Counted from the first letter of the stretch, positions 26,101-39,171 are shown. The stretch is 64,000 nucleotides of DNA from Trichosphaerium sp. ATCC 40318 (GCA_038496445.1 JALMLS010000228.1:372001-436000); one strand, 5' to 3'. Translations and numbers: made by a program. Notes: a model not told the origin generated them from the sequence alone.

Positions 26101-28412
26101 TGGTGCTAAGAAGAAAGGTGAAAAACCTATTCGTATTGGACCAGTTAAAGCCACTGAAGAGTACAATGCGTTGCTTCTTCAGACAGTTAAAATCCCTTGC
26201 CAACTTCCTGTCAACCCATTATTCGCTCCTGTGCTCAACTTGCACTTGTTTGATAAAGCCACATTTAAAGATCGTTTGGTCGGTTACGGTGGTGTACCTC
26301 TTGGCACTTTCTTGCCTTGGGCCGCCCCTGACTTTGTAGACGAGGCTGCTGAGGTTAAAATCGAAGAAGTTGATGATGCCGCAGCTGATGATGCTGCTGG
26401 CGTAGGTGTAGATGGTGAAGGAAAAGACGCAGCACAAGTTGCTTTGGAAGATGTCGATGATTTTGATGCATTAGCCGAGGTACATCATTTTACAACAATG
26501 TGTTGTTCTCATTTATAGACAATGCCACCACAGGCTCCAGATACCGAGCAAATCTCTTTGGATATGTCAGAGAAGAACGATACATCTCCTCTTTTGGGAA
26601 GTGAGGAAGTCGCTTTGGCTGATCAATTGGGCAAATACATGCAAGATAAACCTTCAAAGGTAGCTGAGACTGTTATGACACCAAGAGGTGGACATGTTGA
26701 TGAGAGTGCCACTAAGAAGAAGAACGAAAGGAAACGTGGTAAAGAACTTGAAAAGACCATGTCACTTCCTTTTACTACCAAAGAACTCACCAGGTAATAA
26801 CTAGTCATTTTTATTACTTTTTTTTCTAATGCGATTTTGTAGGGGTGTAAGCAGATTGAAGTCTGTGTTTTCTAGCACCAAGAACAAGCAAATTGAAGCC
26901 GCTAGGTTCAAGGCAAAGATTAAGGTGTATGAAGAAGGTATGGAACCTACTGATGCTGAAATTGGTAACTTTATGAAACGTGAAAGCGTTGTCGTCAGGT
27001 AACGTGTTGATTTATTATCTTTTGAGGTGTATGTTTACTCACATTATTTGTCTTTTAGAGTATACTGTCTTCGTGGTGTATCACTTGTGCCTTGCGATAA
27101 GGATGGTACTGCTGATCCTTACATCACCATCACGAACGGCTCTGAGAAGGGACACCCTAATATCAATGACTCTGATGCTGTTATTGAGAATACACTCAAC
27201 CCTGGATTCTACAAATGTTATGAATTTGAGATGACACTTCCAGATGCCAACTCAGAGATACACATTAGTGTATGGGATTGGGAAAAAGCCCTTTTGGACT
27301 TTGACGATCTTATTGGTACAACCAAGATTGACTTGGCTGACAGGTACCTCCTCCCTCATGAGTCTGCGAGATACTAACAATTGCACCTTAGATGGTTCAG
27401 CACTGAGTGGCGTGCCATGAAACGTAAGCCTATTGAGGTTAGATCTTTATGGAATCCAAAATCTTCTCGTTCCCCACAGGTACTTTTTTGTGTGCATTTT
27501 CTTTTTGTTGACGTTTCTTTAAAGGGTAAACTCGAAATGTGGGTTGATATTATGACTCGTGAAGAAGCAGCCAATACTCCACAGGAGGATATCTCTCCAC
27601 CACAACCTCAGAGGTGGCAGCTTCGTGTTGTCATTTGGGAGACCAAAGGCGTTCCTGTTAAGGACAGTAACTCCACTGATATCTTCGTTATTGGTAAACC
27701 ACAAGACCTTAAAGCCCAATCTACCGATGTCCACTTTTGGTCAAAGAACGGAAAGGGTAACTTCAATTGGCGTATGGTTTGGGATGTAGTCATCCCAACG
27801 AAGATTCCAAGATGGACAGTACAAGTACGGCACCTTTTGTAGTTGTTCTTTTGCGGTTACTGATCTGTTTGTTTAGATTTGGGATAAGGATATGGTTGGC
27901 GCCAGCGATTGTATCGCTGAAGCTGTCATTAATCTTCGCGGTCTCTATAAGCAGGCCTTCAAATCCAAGGAACAAATAGTGTCTTTGGATAAACAATGGA
28001 TCGAGCTATCTAAACCTGATGAGGATGGTCCTCAAGGTAGCATCGAAGTCTCGATTGATCTTATCAAACTTGACCCAAGCCCAGAAACTGGTACACACAT
28101 ATCATTTATTTACTTGTTTATGTTCTAACTATTATGTTCTAGTCGGTATGGGCCGTGATATGCCTAATCGTAATCCGTTCTTGCCTGAACCTGAAAGGCC
28201 AGAGTACGCTTTTTTTTTCTCTTTTTTATTTTTGGTATGTAACTTGTGTTGACGTTTGCTTTTCTAGCTTCGCATTTAATCCATTGCGTCTTGATAAATG
28301 GATCGCTCTCGGATGGAAGAGAGCAAAGAAATGGATGATGATTGGAGGTATTATTTCCGCTGTGTGTGGTGTAATCGTCCTCATTATTGCCATTTACTGG
28401 TTTTTGAAATAA
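23154..28412 (+). CDS. Ferlin (multi-C2, tail-anchored membrane fusion protein)
   Basis: Serial C2 domains, FerI GYLKVTITVLGPGDE, FerB-like VPDVFI...RFGYIRI, VRVYCLRGVSLVPCDKDGTADPYI, LIGTTKIDLADRW, GKLEMWVDI, WQLRVVIWET, TDVHF...GKGNFNWR, GMGRDMPNRNPFLPEPERP, and a C-terminal TM helix. More than 20 introns. Confidence 0.93.
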
Positions 28413-28735
28413 GTGATAAAAGTGTAATTCCTTCAAGTGTAGTAAGCATAATTATTGCACGTTGTTGTTTTTTGTACTCGGTACTAAATAAACTATTTAA
28501 AGACAATTTATAGTACTGCTTGTTGTCGATATTTTGGTTTTACGCTTAAAATGTTCTGATCGATACGAGAGATTTTTGTTTTTGCCATCACTACTGGTTG
28601 CTACTCCTGACCATTAGGATGGTAAACTGTCACCACTGGACACAGATTGTAACAACGGAGTTGACGTGTAGTTTAACTTGTTAAGTGGGCTAATACGTTT
28701 TGACCGCGCTTATTTCAAAAAGTCCTAACGTACGC

Positions 28736-29077
28736 ATGCAACGGTCGCCGTCACCAGTAAAAACTGCTGAAACTAACTCACTGCTCAAAAGCGGTGTTAA
28801 TAAGCGGTGCACGCCTTCAGGATCTTCAAAGGTAGTATAAACGCTATGATTGCTCTAATTTAACTAGTTACAGGCAAAAAAGCGCCCTCGGTTGTCGAAG
28901 AAGTTCCCAGATAATCTACGCGCTTTAATAAACAATGGTGTACATGCTACGCCTGTAAGAGACAACTACCAGAGAGTTGTATATAATATGTACAAAAATC
29001 GCCTAGAATTGAGTAGACGAACAAAAGCGCTTGCAGATGATCTCAATACACTACGTGTAGGAACAAGCGATACGTAA
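28736..29077 (+). CDS. Small hypothetical basic protein (3' end uncertain)
   Basis: ATG exon MQRSPSPVKT...SSK| splices in frame to AKKRPRLSKKFPDNLR...; downstream splicing unresolved. Confidence 0.3.
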
Positions 29078-29574
29078 AACCTGTAAAGAAAAAAATCCAT
29101 TTTAAATAAAGACTGTAAATAACTCCAAAAAACTCGCTTGTAGTACACTCTTGAGCTATTTTTTTAATCATCTAGTAGCGCCCTTTTGAGTAACGTTTTC
29201 GTGGCTGCCTTTTCAAAAATACTGACACGCTTTCAAGACTGAGATTTGAATTTCGGAATCTGGAGTTCTTGTATTCAAAGTCATACGACACTCTCGTGAT
29301 GAAACGTACTTGTACAAGTAATTAGGATTTGGACAGATTTATTTTCTGTCCAAACTTTTCAGCTGGCGTTTGCGTTGTAGTTATCTGTGGGCGTAAGGTA
29401 TTCAGTACAAAAGTTCTTAGCCCAAAAAAAAATGTCCCAAGGTTGATGAGTGAAGGTAAGTAATATGCAATACATACGACAGTGATAATACACGTCTGTA
29501 GAGGGACAGGCTTGATATTAGACTTCATTAAATACTTATTTGGTTTTTATTGTACAATGTTTTTCGTTCGTTAC

Positions 29575-29878
29575 CTAACCGCTACGTAGGCGTAATACCA
29601 TGTGTAGTGTAGATCCATCCGAAACGCCATAATCAAATAACGTTTTATGGTCTTCTAATCGTTTACCAGCGAAAATGTACCGTTGCGCTTCTACATCGTA
29701 TCCTAGCGCGTAAACAATTAGTTACAGTTACTTGGCCAAAAGAAGAAAACAATTAGCGTTTAAACTGTAACGTACCTTCTTTATCTGCTGCTTTTATCTT
29801 TATATTCTCAATAGTATCAGATTCCTCTACATCAAGTGTAAACTTCCTTCCATCTAGTGTTTGTATTGAAATTTGCAT
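29575..29878 (-). CDS. Divergent 76-aa ubiquitin-like protein ending LRLRSG
   Basis: Two exons: [35 protein letters not shown]|[52 protein letters not shown] follows the stop. Confidence 0.88.
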
Positions 29879-30196
29879 CTCCAGAGATACGTTTTATGTT
29901 TGTATTAATGATATTGGTATGACATGTTGTGAATAAGACTTGGGGTATAGCATTATGAGAATTGGGTGCCAGTCTTTTTATAGTCTGTTTCACAACTTTC
30001 TTTATTACACGTCAACTGATTTCTACTGTTTAATACGATTAACGTATTAATTCCTGTCTTTCACTTTACACCCAAGTACAAACACGTGACTTTGTTTTTG
30101 TTTCACAAGGTATTTCTGTAGCAAACTGACTTGAAACATTCTGATTTACATAGACGAGGGCTATTACTTACTCTTTTTACTTCTATCCAATCAATC

Positions 30197-32886
30197 ATGG
30201 CAGTTGAAGTGTCACCAGAAATGGGTATTGAACCAAGCTCTATCGTACCCAATGAGCTGTGGTTTATGATGTTTAAAGTACGTAAACACAAAGCAGTTGA
30301 CAACTAGTGGTTTAGAGCTTATGATAATATTTTTAATTTAAACCACCCACTAGAAGGTTCCTGATGTGTGCTTAAATGATATAGCATGTGTTTGCGTGCG
30401 TTTGTTAAATTTTACATCTTATGTGACTTAAAAATCAATGTAGAAACGCTGGTACCATATAAGTCGCGAATTTGAGTGGTATGATGAACTTTTCGAGTTT
30501 GTTTTCGTCCCTTCTTTTTTTTTTCTTTTTTTTTTTAACGAATACTGTAAAGGTCTGTGTTGACAACTAGCGTCGTAAACCAACGTCAGTATTCAGAAGA
30601 ACAGTTTGCATACCTGTTGACACAAAAAACACGTTGGCAGAATTTTACACAAAGCTACTACATACTTGATGAGCATTGCCAGTCAAAGTTGGTTAACATA
30701 AGAAGGACGTATAACTCAGATTATACAATAATTAAAGCAATGCATCAGCATTGGAGTACAGGACTTCTTAGGTATTCTTTTAAAAAGACTGAGAATGGAA
30801 GACTAGCTATTGTATTTCATATTAACAGAAAGGTGTACGTTTTATAAGGTTTTTTTTTCATTGCAAAAAGGCTGCTATAACTCGAGTTGTAGACTTTTTT
30901 AATTAATCCCACAATTTCATGGCATATGCCCAGTAATCCATAGGATTTTATCTGAGATTTTGGAACTCTCCACACAATTTCTAAAGAAATCTAACGTGTC
31001 ATTTCATGACGTTTAGTAGTAACCAACTTTTTTTTTTTCTCAAAAACAAAGTATAATGCTACATGTTACATTCAATGCTTCTTTAGGTTTGAAATGATGA
31101 TTCTTAACAAATCCTTACCTTTGTCAATGCATAAAATATTTCGTGAGTTGCTCACAGCTGATTTAAAACATCTCTATTACCTTAAATACGCAGCGGTATA
31201 GTTATGACTTTGCAAAGATAGTATAACAACTATCATGTTATCAAAGTTGTTTGTGTACTTTGGTTGTAACACATAATACAGGTTATAGACAGAAACTCTT
31301 ATTATTGGTCTAATTATCTTTACAACCTTGGGGACAAAGTAGGGAAGGTCAACTACTATTTGCGAAAGGTACATTTATATGAAGTTAGCACTATATTTAG
31401 CTACATTAAGGTAGTTTGTAATACTATAAAGCAGCCTGCTGTACTAAAGTTTAACCTCCACAAGCATCAGTTTGATGCTGTTTCTTGGATGGCACACCTT
31501 GAAGATAACTTACTACGCAGGGGTGATAAGAAATTTCGTTTGAACTCAGCAGATCCTTTGTTTATTTTTTCCATGTAGAGTTTTCATACTGTAGTCTTGC
31601 TCAATGGCCTAAAATTCGGTTGAACGCTTTCTATGACATGGAAAAACAACGATTTTTTTCTGAAATACCACCAGAAAGGATATTTAAAGTATCATTTGAA
31701 GGTACAAGCATAAAAACCCAAATTCACGTGCTTAAAGAACATTGTTTAGGTGGTGTTCTTGAAACTAAAGATGCTCTTGAAAAAATGATCAATGGTACCA
31801 AAAGCTGTTACTCCAACAACTTCTAAGATTGCTTGCAACTAGTGCTGAGTCTGATACTTTCCAAGCCTACACTTAAATATGAAGATGCTTCTTTCAAGTT
31901 AGATAACAAAAAGTTTGAGCCTCTTTGGAAGACTAAAGCAACTCTCATAATAACAAAAAGTCGTCTATCCAGTGATTGGTTTAAAGTGTTTAGTAATCAA
32001 TTAAAGGAAGGCTCTCAGTTACGACTTGTACTTGTGACAACAGCAGAACAGTACAATAAGTACACACAACAAGATATTTTAGAAGCAGGTACGAAAAGAA
32101 ACCTCTTACCATGCCATTTGATTCTTATCCTATTGAGATGTTGTGATTGTTTCCCATCCTTTTTTGCGTAACCCAAGATACATAAATGTTGGCATGACAA
32201 GCGTTGCAAAGTGTATAGCAACAAAGATACCATTTGTAAAGAAAAGAGCCAGAATGCTTACTAATCGTCAACGTGCAATTAGACCAAGAAAACTAAGTGA
32301 CATGAGGAAGGTAAATGCAAAAAAGAGCTACTACGGGAATCTAAAACGAGCGTAAAGGAAGCAAATGATCGAGAAGATAGAGGAAGTTGTTTCCCTTTTA
32401 TTTTGAATAATTTCTACTGGCATCGTATCATCCTTGATGAAGGACATCAAGCCCTTGAGAAACAGGAGCATTTTTATATTGAAGAATTGTGTTCGTTTGA
32501 AGGAAGATCAAGATGGGTAACCAATGAAAAACCTTTCCCGAACTGGTACAGTATTAGGACATTAATTCTCGTTTTTTTCTTATGGTTTTGGTCAACTATC
32601 TTATACACTTTTTTAAAGGCTTACACTTAAGGGTGTGATGAGATTCCTCAGGATCAAATCTAGCGATCCCCAGTTTGAAATTTACACAGATTACCAAAAA
32701 ACACATGAACAAGCATACACTAAGTCCGTCTTGTTCTTTAAGTGCTTGTAATAACGAATTTTAGTTGGGTTATTGCTGATAAACTATTCTCTAACCTTCA
32801 CTGGTAAGAAAACAACTCGTTGCTTCCAGATTTGTACTTACCTGAGACTCTATAGGAACAGTTCAAAACGCCAAAGCGATACCTGA
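30197..32886 (+). CDS. F-box protein fused to a degenerate SNF2 (RAD5/RAD16-like) N-terminal ATPase lobe
   Basis: F-box VPNELWFMMFK(K)VPDVCLNDIACVCKRWYHI. SNF2 motifs: LHKHQFDAVSWM (Q motif), GGVLETKDALEK (degenerate Walker A), KATLIITKSRLSSDW (Ia), WHRIILDEGHQ (Walker B), RWVTNEKP (degenerate motif III). The middle exons and the exact end are approximate. Confidence 0.75.
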
Positions 32887-33299
32887 TGAACTAGTGCGAA
32901 ACCAGGGGATGTACTAACACTTTTTGAAACGCTATTACTTTGTCAAGCAGCTAATAAAACTGTTGTACAAAAGATAGGTTCAGGCTGTGTTTAAATTAGT
33001 TTCTTTTTGATTCCATAACAACGTATCTGGTGACTTGAACTTGGCATAATTATTGGTCTTTCACGGACTAGGAAACGTAATCTTCTAGAAACATGTCTTT
33101 AGTAAAAAATGATGGAAGCGAGAGTCAAATGTACTTACTTCCTATGTCTGTAATTGTAGTCAACGTATGCTTTAAAGACTAATATTTATGTAGTGTATCA
33201 GGTAGTATACTCCGGCAGTATGTATCACAAAAAAAGATGATATTGCTAATCTTTAACTGTGAGCATCAAGTGTGTTCTTGTTCAAACAATAAGATTAAA

Positions 33300-36200
33300 A
33301 TGGCAATACTGAATACTATTTCTTGGCTATTTGTGATGCATATCTGTACGACTAGCGATAAAATATAGGAATAATCAGTTTACAATCCCCGGAATTTATA
33401 ACAATTGATTGTTTAAACAAAGGCTTTGTATCATCTCATGCAGTTTACGAGTGTACAACGGAAGGTTGTCAACAATTAATATCAGTAAACCCTTCATATG
33501 ATGATCTTGTAGACCTCAGAAGGGATGTAGGAGGCTCCGCTACTGAACTAGTACGACACAGTCTATTTTAGAAAAGATATTACATTTTTTTAATATTCTT
33601 TTTGTGTTTATTTATAAGTAGGTTGATACACCTGTAGTCCTATGGCGTATAACATATCTTGATTGTGCGGATAACACGGGAATTGGTTTCGATGACCCAA
33701 CGATAGGCGCAGATGTACACTAATTTAGAAGTTCTGTTTTATCGACACATTTAGCTGTTGTATGTGTTTTATGCTTATTTTTTTCGCAGGCTAGAGCTGT
33801 AATCGCGGCTGTATTGTCTTTTATCGGCAACGGGTTAGATTTCCCTTCTGGTAGTGGTACGCGCGTTATTGATAGTCGGAGTGACTATCCGGCTGGAAAT
33901 ATCACGTGATTAACGTAAAGATGTTAAATACGCTAAGTTGTTATTGTTCGCGCTAAATTCCTATAGATCAGCGTACTTTAGACGTAGAAATGCGGTTATC
34001 GTTGAATGTACAAAACAGTCTTACTTTAGCGTTTGCCGGAACATTTTTCTTTAATTCTCCGAACAGCTTTAACACAGGGTTTGTTAGACTTTTTTTTTGC
34101 TTACTGTTTTTTGAAATGATTTACGTTTTTTGTGCATAGGTTTGCGGAGTTCCATTATACTAATAATGCAGATCCTTTCCCAGGTTCCCCAGATTTCATT
34201 GCGACAGTTAATTTCGGGAATGGTAAAAAAAGGACTGATGGAATGAAAAAAATATTGATGTTCTTTTAGATTTTTTTTTCGGTCTTACAGGATCACCCAG
34301 TAATACTCAGTTCGATTTTTAGTACGCCAAGTATGATTCCATATTCTTCTAATTTCTTGCAAGCTCTTTAATTCTCCACGAATTTACACATGCTATGGGA
34401 TTTCTATCGTTGACAGGTAATAAGAAGATTGTTTTTTTTGTTTGCTTTACACCTAAAAACTAACAGCTCGAAGCGGAGGACGGTACTTCCCAATTATCAA
34501 GCGTGCGTTATTATAGTATCATACAACCTTTAATGTTTGTAACTATAGAATAACGCTAGATCTACTTTCGATAGACTTATGTTCATTGAATCAATGTCAA
34601 CTGCTGTTTTTGCAAATGATGGTTCACTAAACGTGCCAGCAAACTTTAACACGTAATGCTCTTAGTACTAGTTTAGCATACGTATATAACCTATATAGGG
34701 GTGCTCAGGGACAAGTTAGTATAACCAGTGCAACGATAGCATCGCAATGTAGTAACACACCTGTTGTTTTTACGCCGACACCGTATTCGTAAGGACTTGC
34801 TTTCTTCGACAAAAATCTCAACTTACCACTTCGTTTAGAGAAAGTAGTTTATCTCATCTAGACAATAACTTCATAACAAACGCTCTAATGAATCCATCCC
34901 TCAACTCTGGTGTAATGGTGAGACAATACTTACCTGAAGAAGTGTCAATATTAGAGGGTACAATTATCTACAAATTTACCTAGCTCATTACTGTTTTGTT
35001 AGAACTTGGCTGGGTGTTTGGTAATACTATTGCCTCTTGTTCAAGTGCAATGACTCCACCAACAACATTGGCACCTACTACATTACCACCAACTACCTTA
35101 CCGCCAACATTAGCACCTACTACATTACAACCAACTACCTTGCCACCAACAACATCACCTCCAACTACACTGTCTCCAACTACAACATCTCCAACAACAG
35201 TACCACCAACGACCATACCGCCAACAACAGTGCCTCCTACTGTGCAACCTACTACATTACCACCAACTACCTTACCACCAACAACAGTATCACCGACCAT
35301 ACCTCCAACTACACAACCACCAACAACGTCTCTCCCAACAACATTGCCTTCAACAGTTGCTCCAACAACCTTTCCACCAACAACGTCTCCCCCAACAACA
35401 CTGCCTCCAACAGTTGCTCCAACAACAGTATCACCAACAACGGTACCACCAACGACAATGGCCCCAACTCAGATTCCAACAACTTTACAACCAACAACAA
35501 ACCCTCCAACAACAGCGCCACCAACAACATTACCTCCAACTACACTATCTCCAACGACTTCACCGCCAACAACAGTACCTCCAAGTGGTACTATTACAAA
35601 CCCTCCAACTACAATATCCCCCACCACAAGCGCTCCTACATTGCCACCAACTACAGTACCACCCACTACGCTTGTACCTTCAACACTTCCCCCAGTTACA
35701 ATAGTACCTACAACTATGGTGCCAACTACGTTATCACCTAATACAATAGCACCCACCACAGATTCTCCAACAACAATACCACCAAGTACTCAACCTCCAG
35801 CAACAAATCCACCAACAACGGCTCCTCCATTTACACCTCCGCCAACGACACATCCTCCCACAACTGTAGCACCAGGTACAAGCCCACCTACTACATTTGC
35901 GCCGCAAACGCAACCACCCACAACCAACCAACCAACCACACTATCACCAACAACACACTCACCTAGTACTGGACCAACAACACTTCCACCAACAACATTG
36001 CCTCCTGTAACATTACCTCCAACTACAACATTTCCATCAACTGTAGCTCCTACAATGACTACAACAGTATCACCAATTACACTATCGCCAACAACTTCAC
36101 CTATAGCAAACCCTCCTTCTACAACAAGCCCTACTACTCAACCACCAACAACACTGGCGCCTACAACAGTAATGTCAACACCTTCAGCATCAGGCTCTCA

Positions 36201-37475
36201 AACCACAACTCTACCACCTACGACGCTTCAACCGACAACACAGGCTCCAACCACAGCTCCACCATCCGCAATATCTCAGACGCTATCTATCATCGATGCA
36301 AGGACTGGAGCGATACTTGCTGTAGTTAACAATGATGACATAATTGATTTGGCGACAATTACTACCAACTTAATTGTGCTTAGAGTATCTGCTCCAGGAG
36401 CAACACGTGTTGCGTTCAATGTAAATGGCCAAACGAGTCATTCATTCTCTGAACCTTTTGAAAGTTCTCCGTTTGTTCCATCACGTGGTAAGACACTTTT
36501 CGATCTTTGTCTTCTAATAACGTACAATCAGGCGAAGTGGTTTTTTCAGCACAAGGGTTTTTTGGAAGTACCCCTATGACGCCTCTTTCTCTTGTCTTTA
36601 GTTTTCAAATCGCGCAAATATCTGGAGACCCTCATTTTGTTGGATTTCGTGGACAGCGCTATGATTTTCATGGGTATGCTGGAAAGGTATTCAAGTAAGT
36701 ATGAATCTAGAACTATGACATACTAATTAGCGTTGTAGTATAATCACAGATAGAGGTATACATGTGAACTCTCTATTTGTGGATGCAGACCTTAGACAAC
36801 ATAAAAGAAAGACATACATGGGCGCTATCGCGATTAAAGGTACAGTGGTATTGCATCTTCTTTAAGTTTAAAGTTCGTCATAGTATGTCATCCTATGGAA
36901 GGAGAACTACGTTTCTTGTTTTCTTGTAATAGAGGTGATTCTGATGAAGAAGTATCTTTACTGTTTCAAAATGGGACAAAGATTCACATTAAACCTCACA
37001 AAGTACTCGATTTTGGCAACCCATTGCACCTCAAGAGGTATTTCTTCGGAAAGAATGTTCATGCCACTGATCAATTCATCTTTAGGAGTGGATTGAATAA
37101 CAGCAAGACTGTTGTTACATCTGTGTATGGATATAAATTTCAATTCAGGCTTTCGTCAAGTAAACACTCAACATGCCACGTGAACATTAGGTCAAAGTAT
37201 ATCCATAGGTTTGATCCTTATCCACATGGTACAGTACAACTAAACTTGGGATATCTACCAACAAGTGTGTAGGTGTTCTTGGACAAACAACAACTAGTCC
37301 GCCAAATGTTGTAGGCATCGGACGGAATAGTCTTAATGTAGTTGAAGGAAAGGTTGAAGATTATATTGAAAAAGGCTTATTCTCACACTCAACAAAGCAC
37401 TCTTTGTATGAACTTACTTGTTTACCTGTTTTGCACGTGATGGATGCTACTGGAATGAGTGGTTGGGCTGAGTAG
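33300..37475 (+). CDS. Secreted zinc metalloprotease + Pro/Thr mucin-like stalk + C-terminal VWD/root-cap-like domain
   Basis: Signal peptide, WRITYLD...GIGFDDP, FDFYSLILHEFTHAMGF (HExxH), SSLSHLD, ALMNPS (Met-turn-like), ~400 aa of PTT repeats, then GDPHFVGFRGQRYDFHG...HGVLGQT...VEGKVEDY. Confidence 0.8.
35053..36265 (+). repeat. PTT(L/V/S)P pentapeptide coding repeats (mucin-like stalk)
   Basis: Degenerate 15-nt ccaacaacatta/cct units in one long exon. They also generate the spurious overlapping ORFs in other frames. Confidence 0.9.
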
Positions 37476-37965
37476 CCGACAACTTTTAACACGATTCATT
37501 GACTCTGTAAGTATTAATAAACTATTGCTTTGTATTTAGAAAAAACGCAAAGTGTTTAGAAATCTGCAAAGGGAAACCACAACAGATAGATGTTTGCGCT
37601 AGAGGCACTAGACTGTGATGTCTTCTTCCCAAGGAAAAGTTGGATGGATGCCCAAAAAATGGATTCTAAAATAAAGTCAAGCAGCACGTTCCAATTAACT
37701 CACGGGAAGCCTCAATTAAAACCTTTCACTGTTCTTGATGCAAAACCAGAGGCACAAGAAGGAAAAGGTGTTGGCTTAATTTGAAAAGGGTATGAAATGA
37801 ATAGAAGACTTTAAAACTGTCACAATACCCTCTTTTCTATCCTTTAATGATCCTATGATGCCCTTTTAGTCTTTGTACCTCGAAATCCTGCAGCAAAGCC
37901 CGTAGCACATTTATTTAAGTATCACAATATATCTGTTCAGATCAAATCTTTGAAAACACGTTGGC

Positions 37966-39171
37966 ATGACAAGCGTATCTATCACTTCGCTTCTAATCAT
38001 CGCTGTACTTACGTTCGTTACTGCTCAGCCACAAAAGCCGATTGTTTATATCAGCTACTTTCGCAATCCTGACTGTACAAACCTTATCGTATCGCGTCGT
38101 ACGTCTTTATCTGTTTCTACAGTAATTATTGCCTCTTTTTTAACAACGCCAACTACAGCTGTAACCCTTGGCTTGAACGTGGCGTATTCAACATTCGACG
38201 ACTGTGAGAGGTCGATTGGTTGTTTGTTGGGAAGAAACGCTTCTGGTTGTCCTGAAGAGGCAGTAATTAGTTCGATTCAACATACATCAATAAGTCCAGC
38301 AGGAACAAATGCTACGCCTGGATTTCAGAAGGCCTGGGGATGTCATTCAAGCAAATTACACTTTGGTTGTTATGCCATGTTCACCTACCAACGTCCAGCA
38401 GCATGTAGAACAGAAACAGTAGATCCAACAGCTGAAAACAAATTCTATATTAATATGTACAAAGACGATCAATGTAGCAATTTTCTGGTTACTAGAGGCA
38501 CGTGTTTTTTGGGAACTAGTCACGTGATTATTTTTGAGTTGTGTAATTGTTTTTAGGATTCTCTGCTCCTGGTTCTTTCGAATTTAAGGCAGACTCAAGC
38601 ATAGCGCCGCGCACAACATGTGAACAACATGCTGAGTGTTTTGTAAACCCTGACTTACCTCACTGTGACGAATTGCTGGCTACTTTTGCAATTCGTAGTA
38701 TTAACTCGACTACTTTAATCGCTGCAGGGCCCGGAGGTATTGATAATGTTCTTCCAGTTGGTGCTTGTATTGGAGCAGCTCTTCATCCAGGTTGCTTCCT
38801 CAAGGTATTTATATTAATGAACGCTATTTGGCGGAACGACTCTGCGATTCTATTACAACTCAAGTTGTTCCTTTGTCATTCTAACTACTGGTCATAGATA
38901 TCCCATCGCGTACCTCTTCATTGTCAAGTTGGTTGCGTATCTGGATACATAAGAAATGGAGAATGCGTGTATGTTAAACAAAGGAATTACTTTGCATGAC
39001 TTTATTTTAATTGTGTTTTTTAGGTGCCAATCTAGAGCGTGCTCTTGTGATGATGGAAGAAGGGAATGTATTTGTGATGATAGCTGGGGATGCTCTGCAG
39101 TAGATATAGTTAGAACACCACCTACTTATACAGTCTCACAAGGAGGACAATCATGTACATGCACATGGTAG
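37966..39171 (+). CDS. Secreted cysteine-rich protein with two internal repeats and a small Cys-rich C-terminal module
   Basis: Signal peptide. Repeats YISYFRNPDCTNLIVSR...CHSSKLHFGCY and YINMYKDDQCSNFLVTR...CIGAALHPGCF, with an intron at the same position in both. Ends CSCDDGRRECICDDSWGC...CTCTW. Confidence 0.65.

Noticed and set aside
34980-35931. Several overlapping ORFs (polyQ/N on +, V/G-rich on -)
   Set aside because: Shadow frames of the PTT repeat exon; only the PT frame connects to the flanking exons.
37590-37784. Short ORF between two secreted-protein genes
   Set aside because: 64 aa, with no motif and no supported splice connection.
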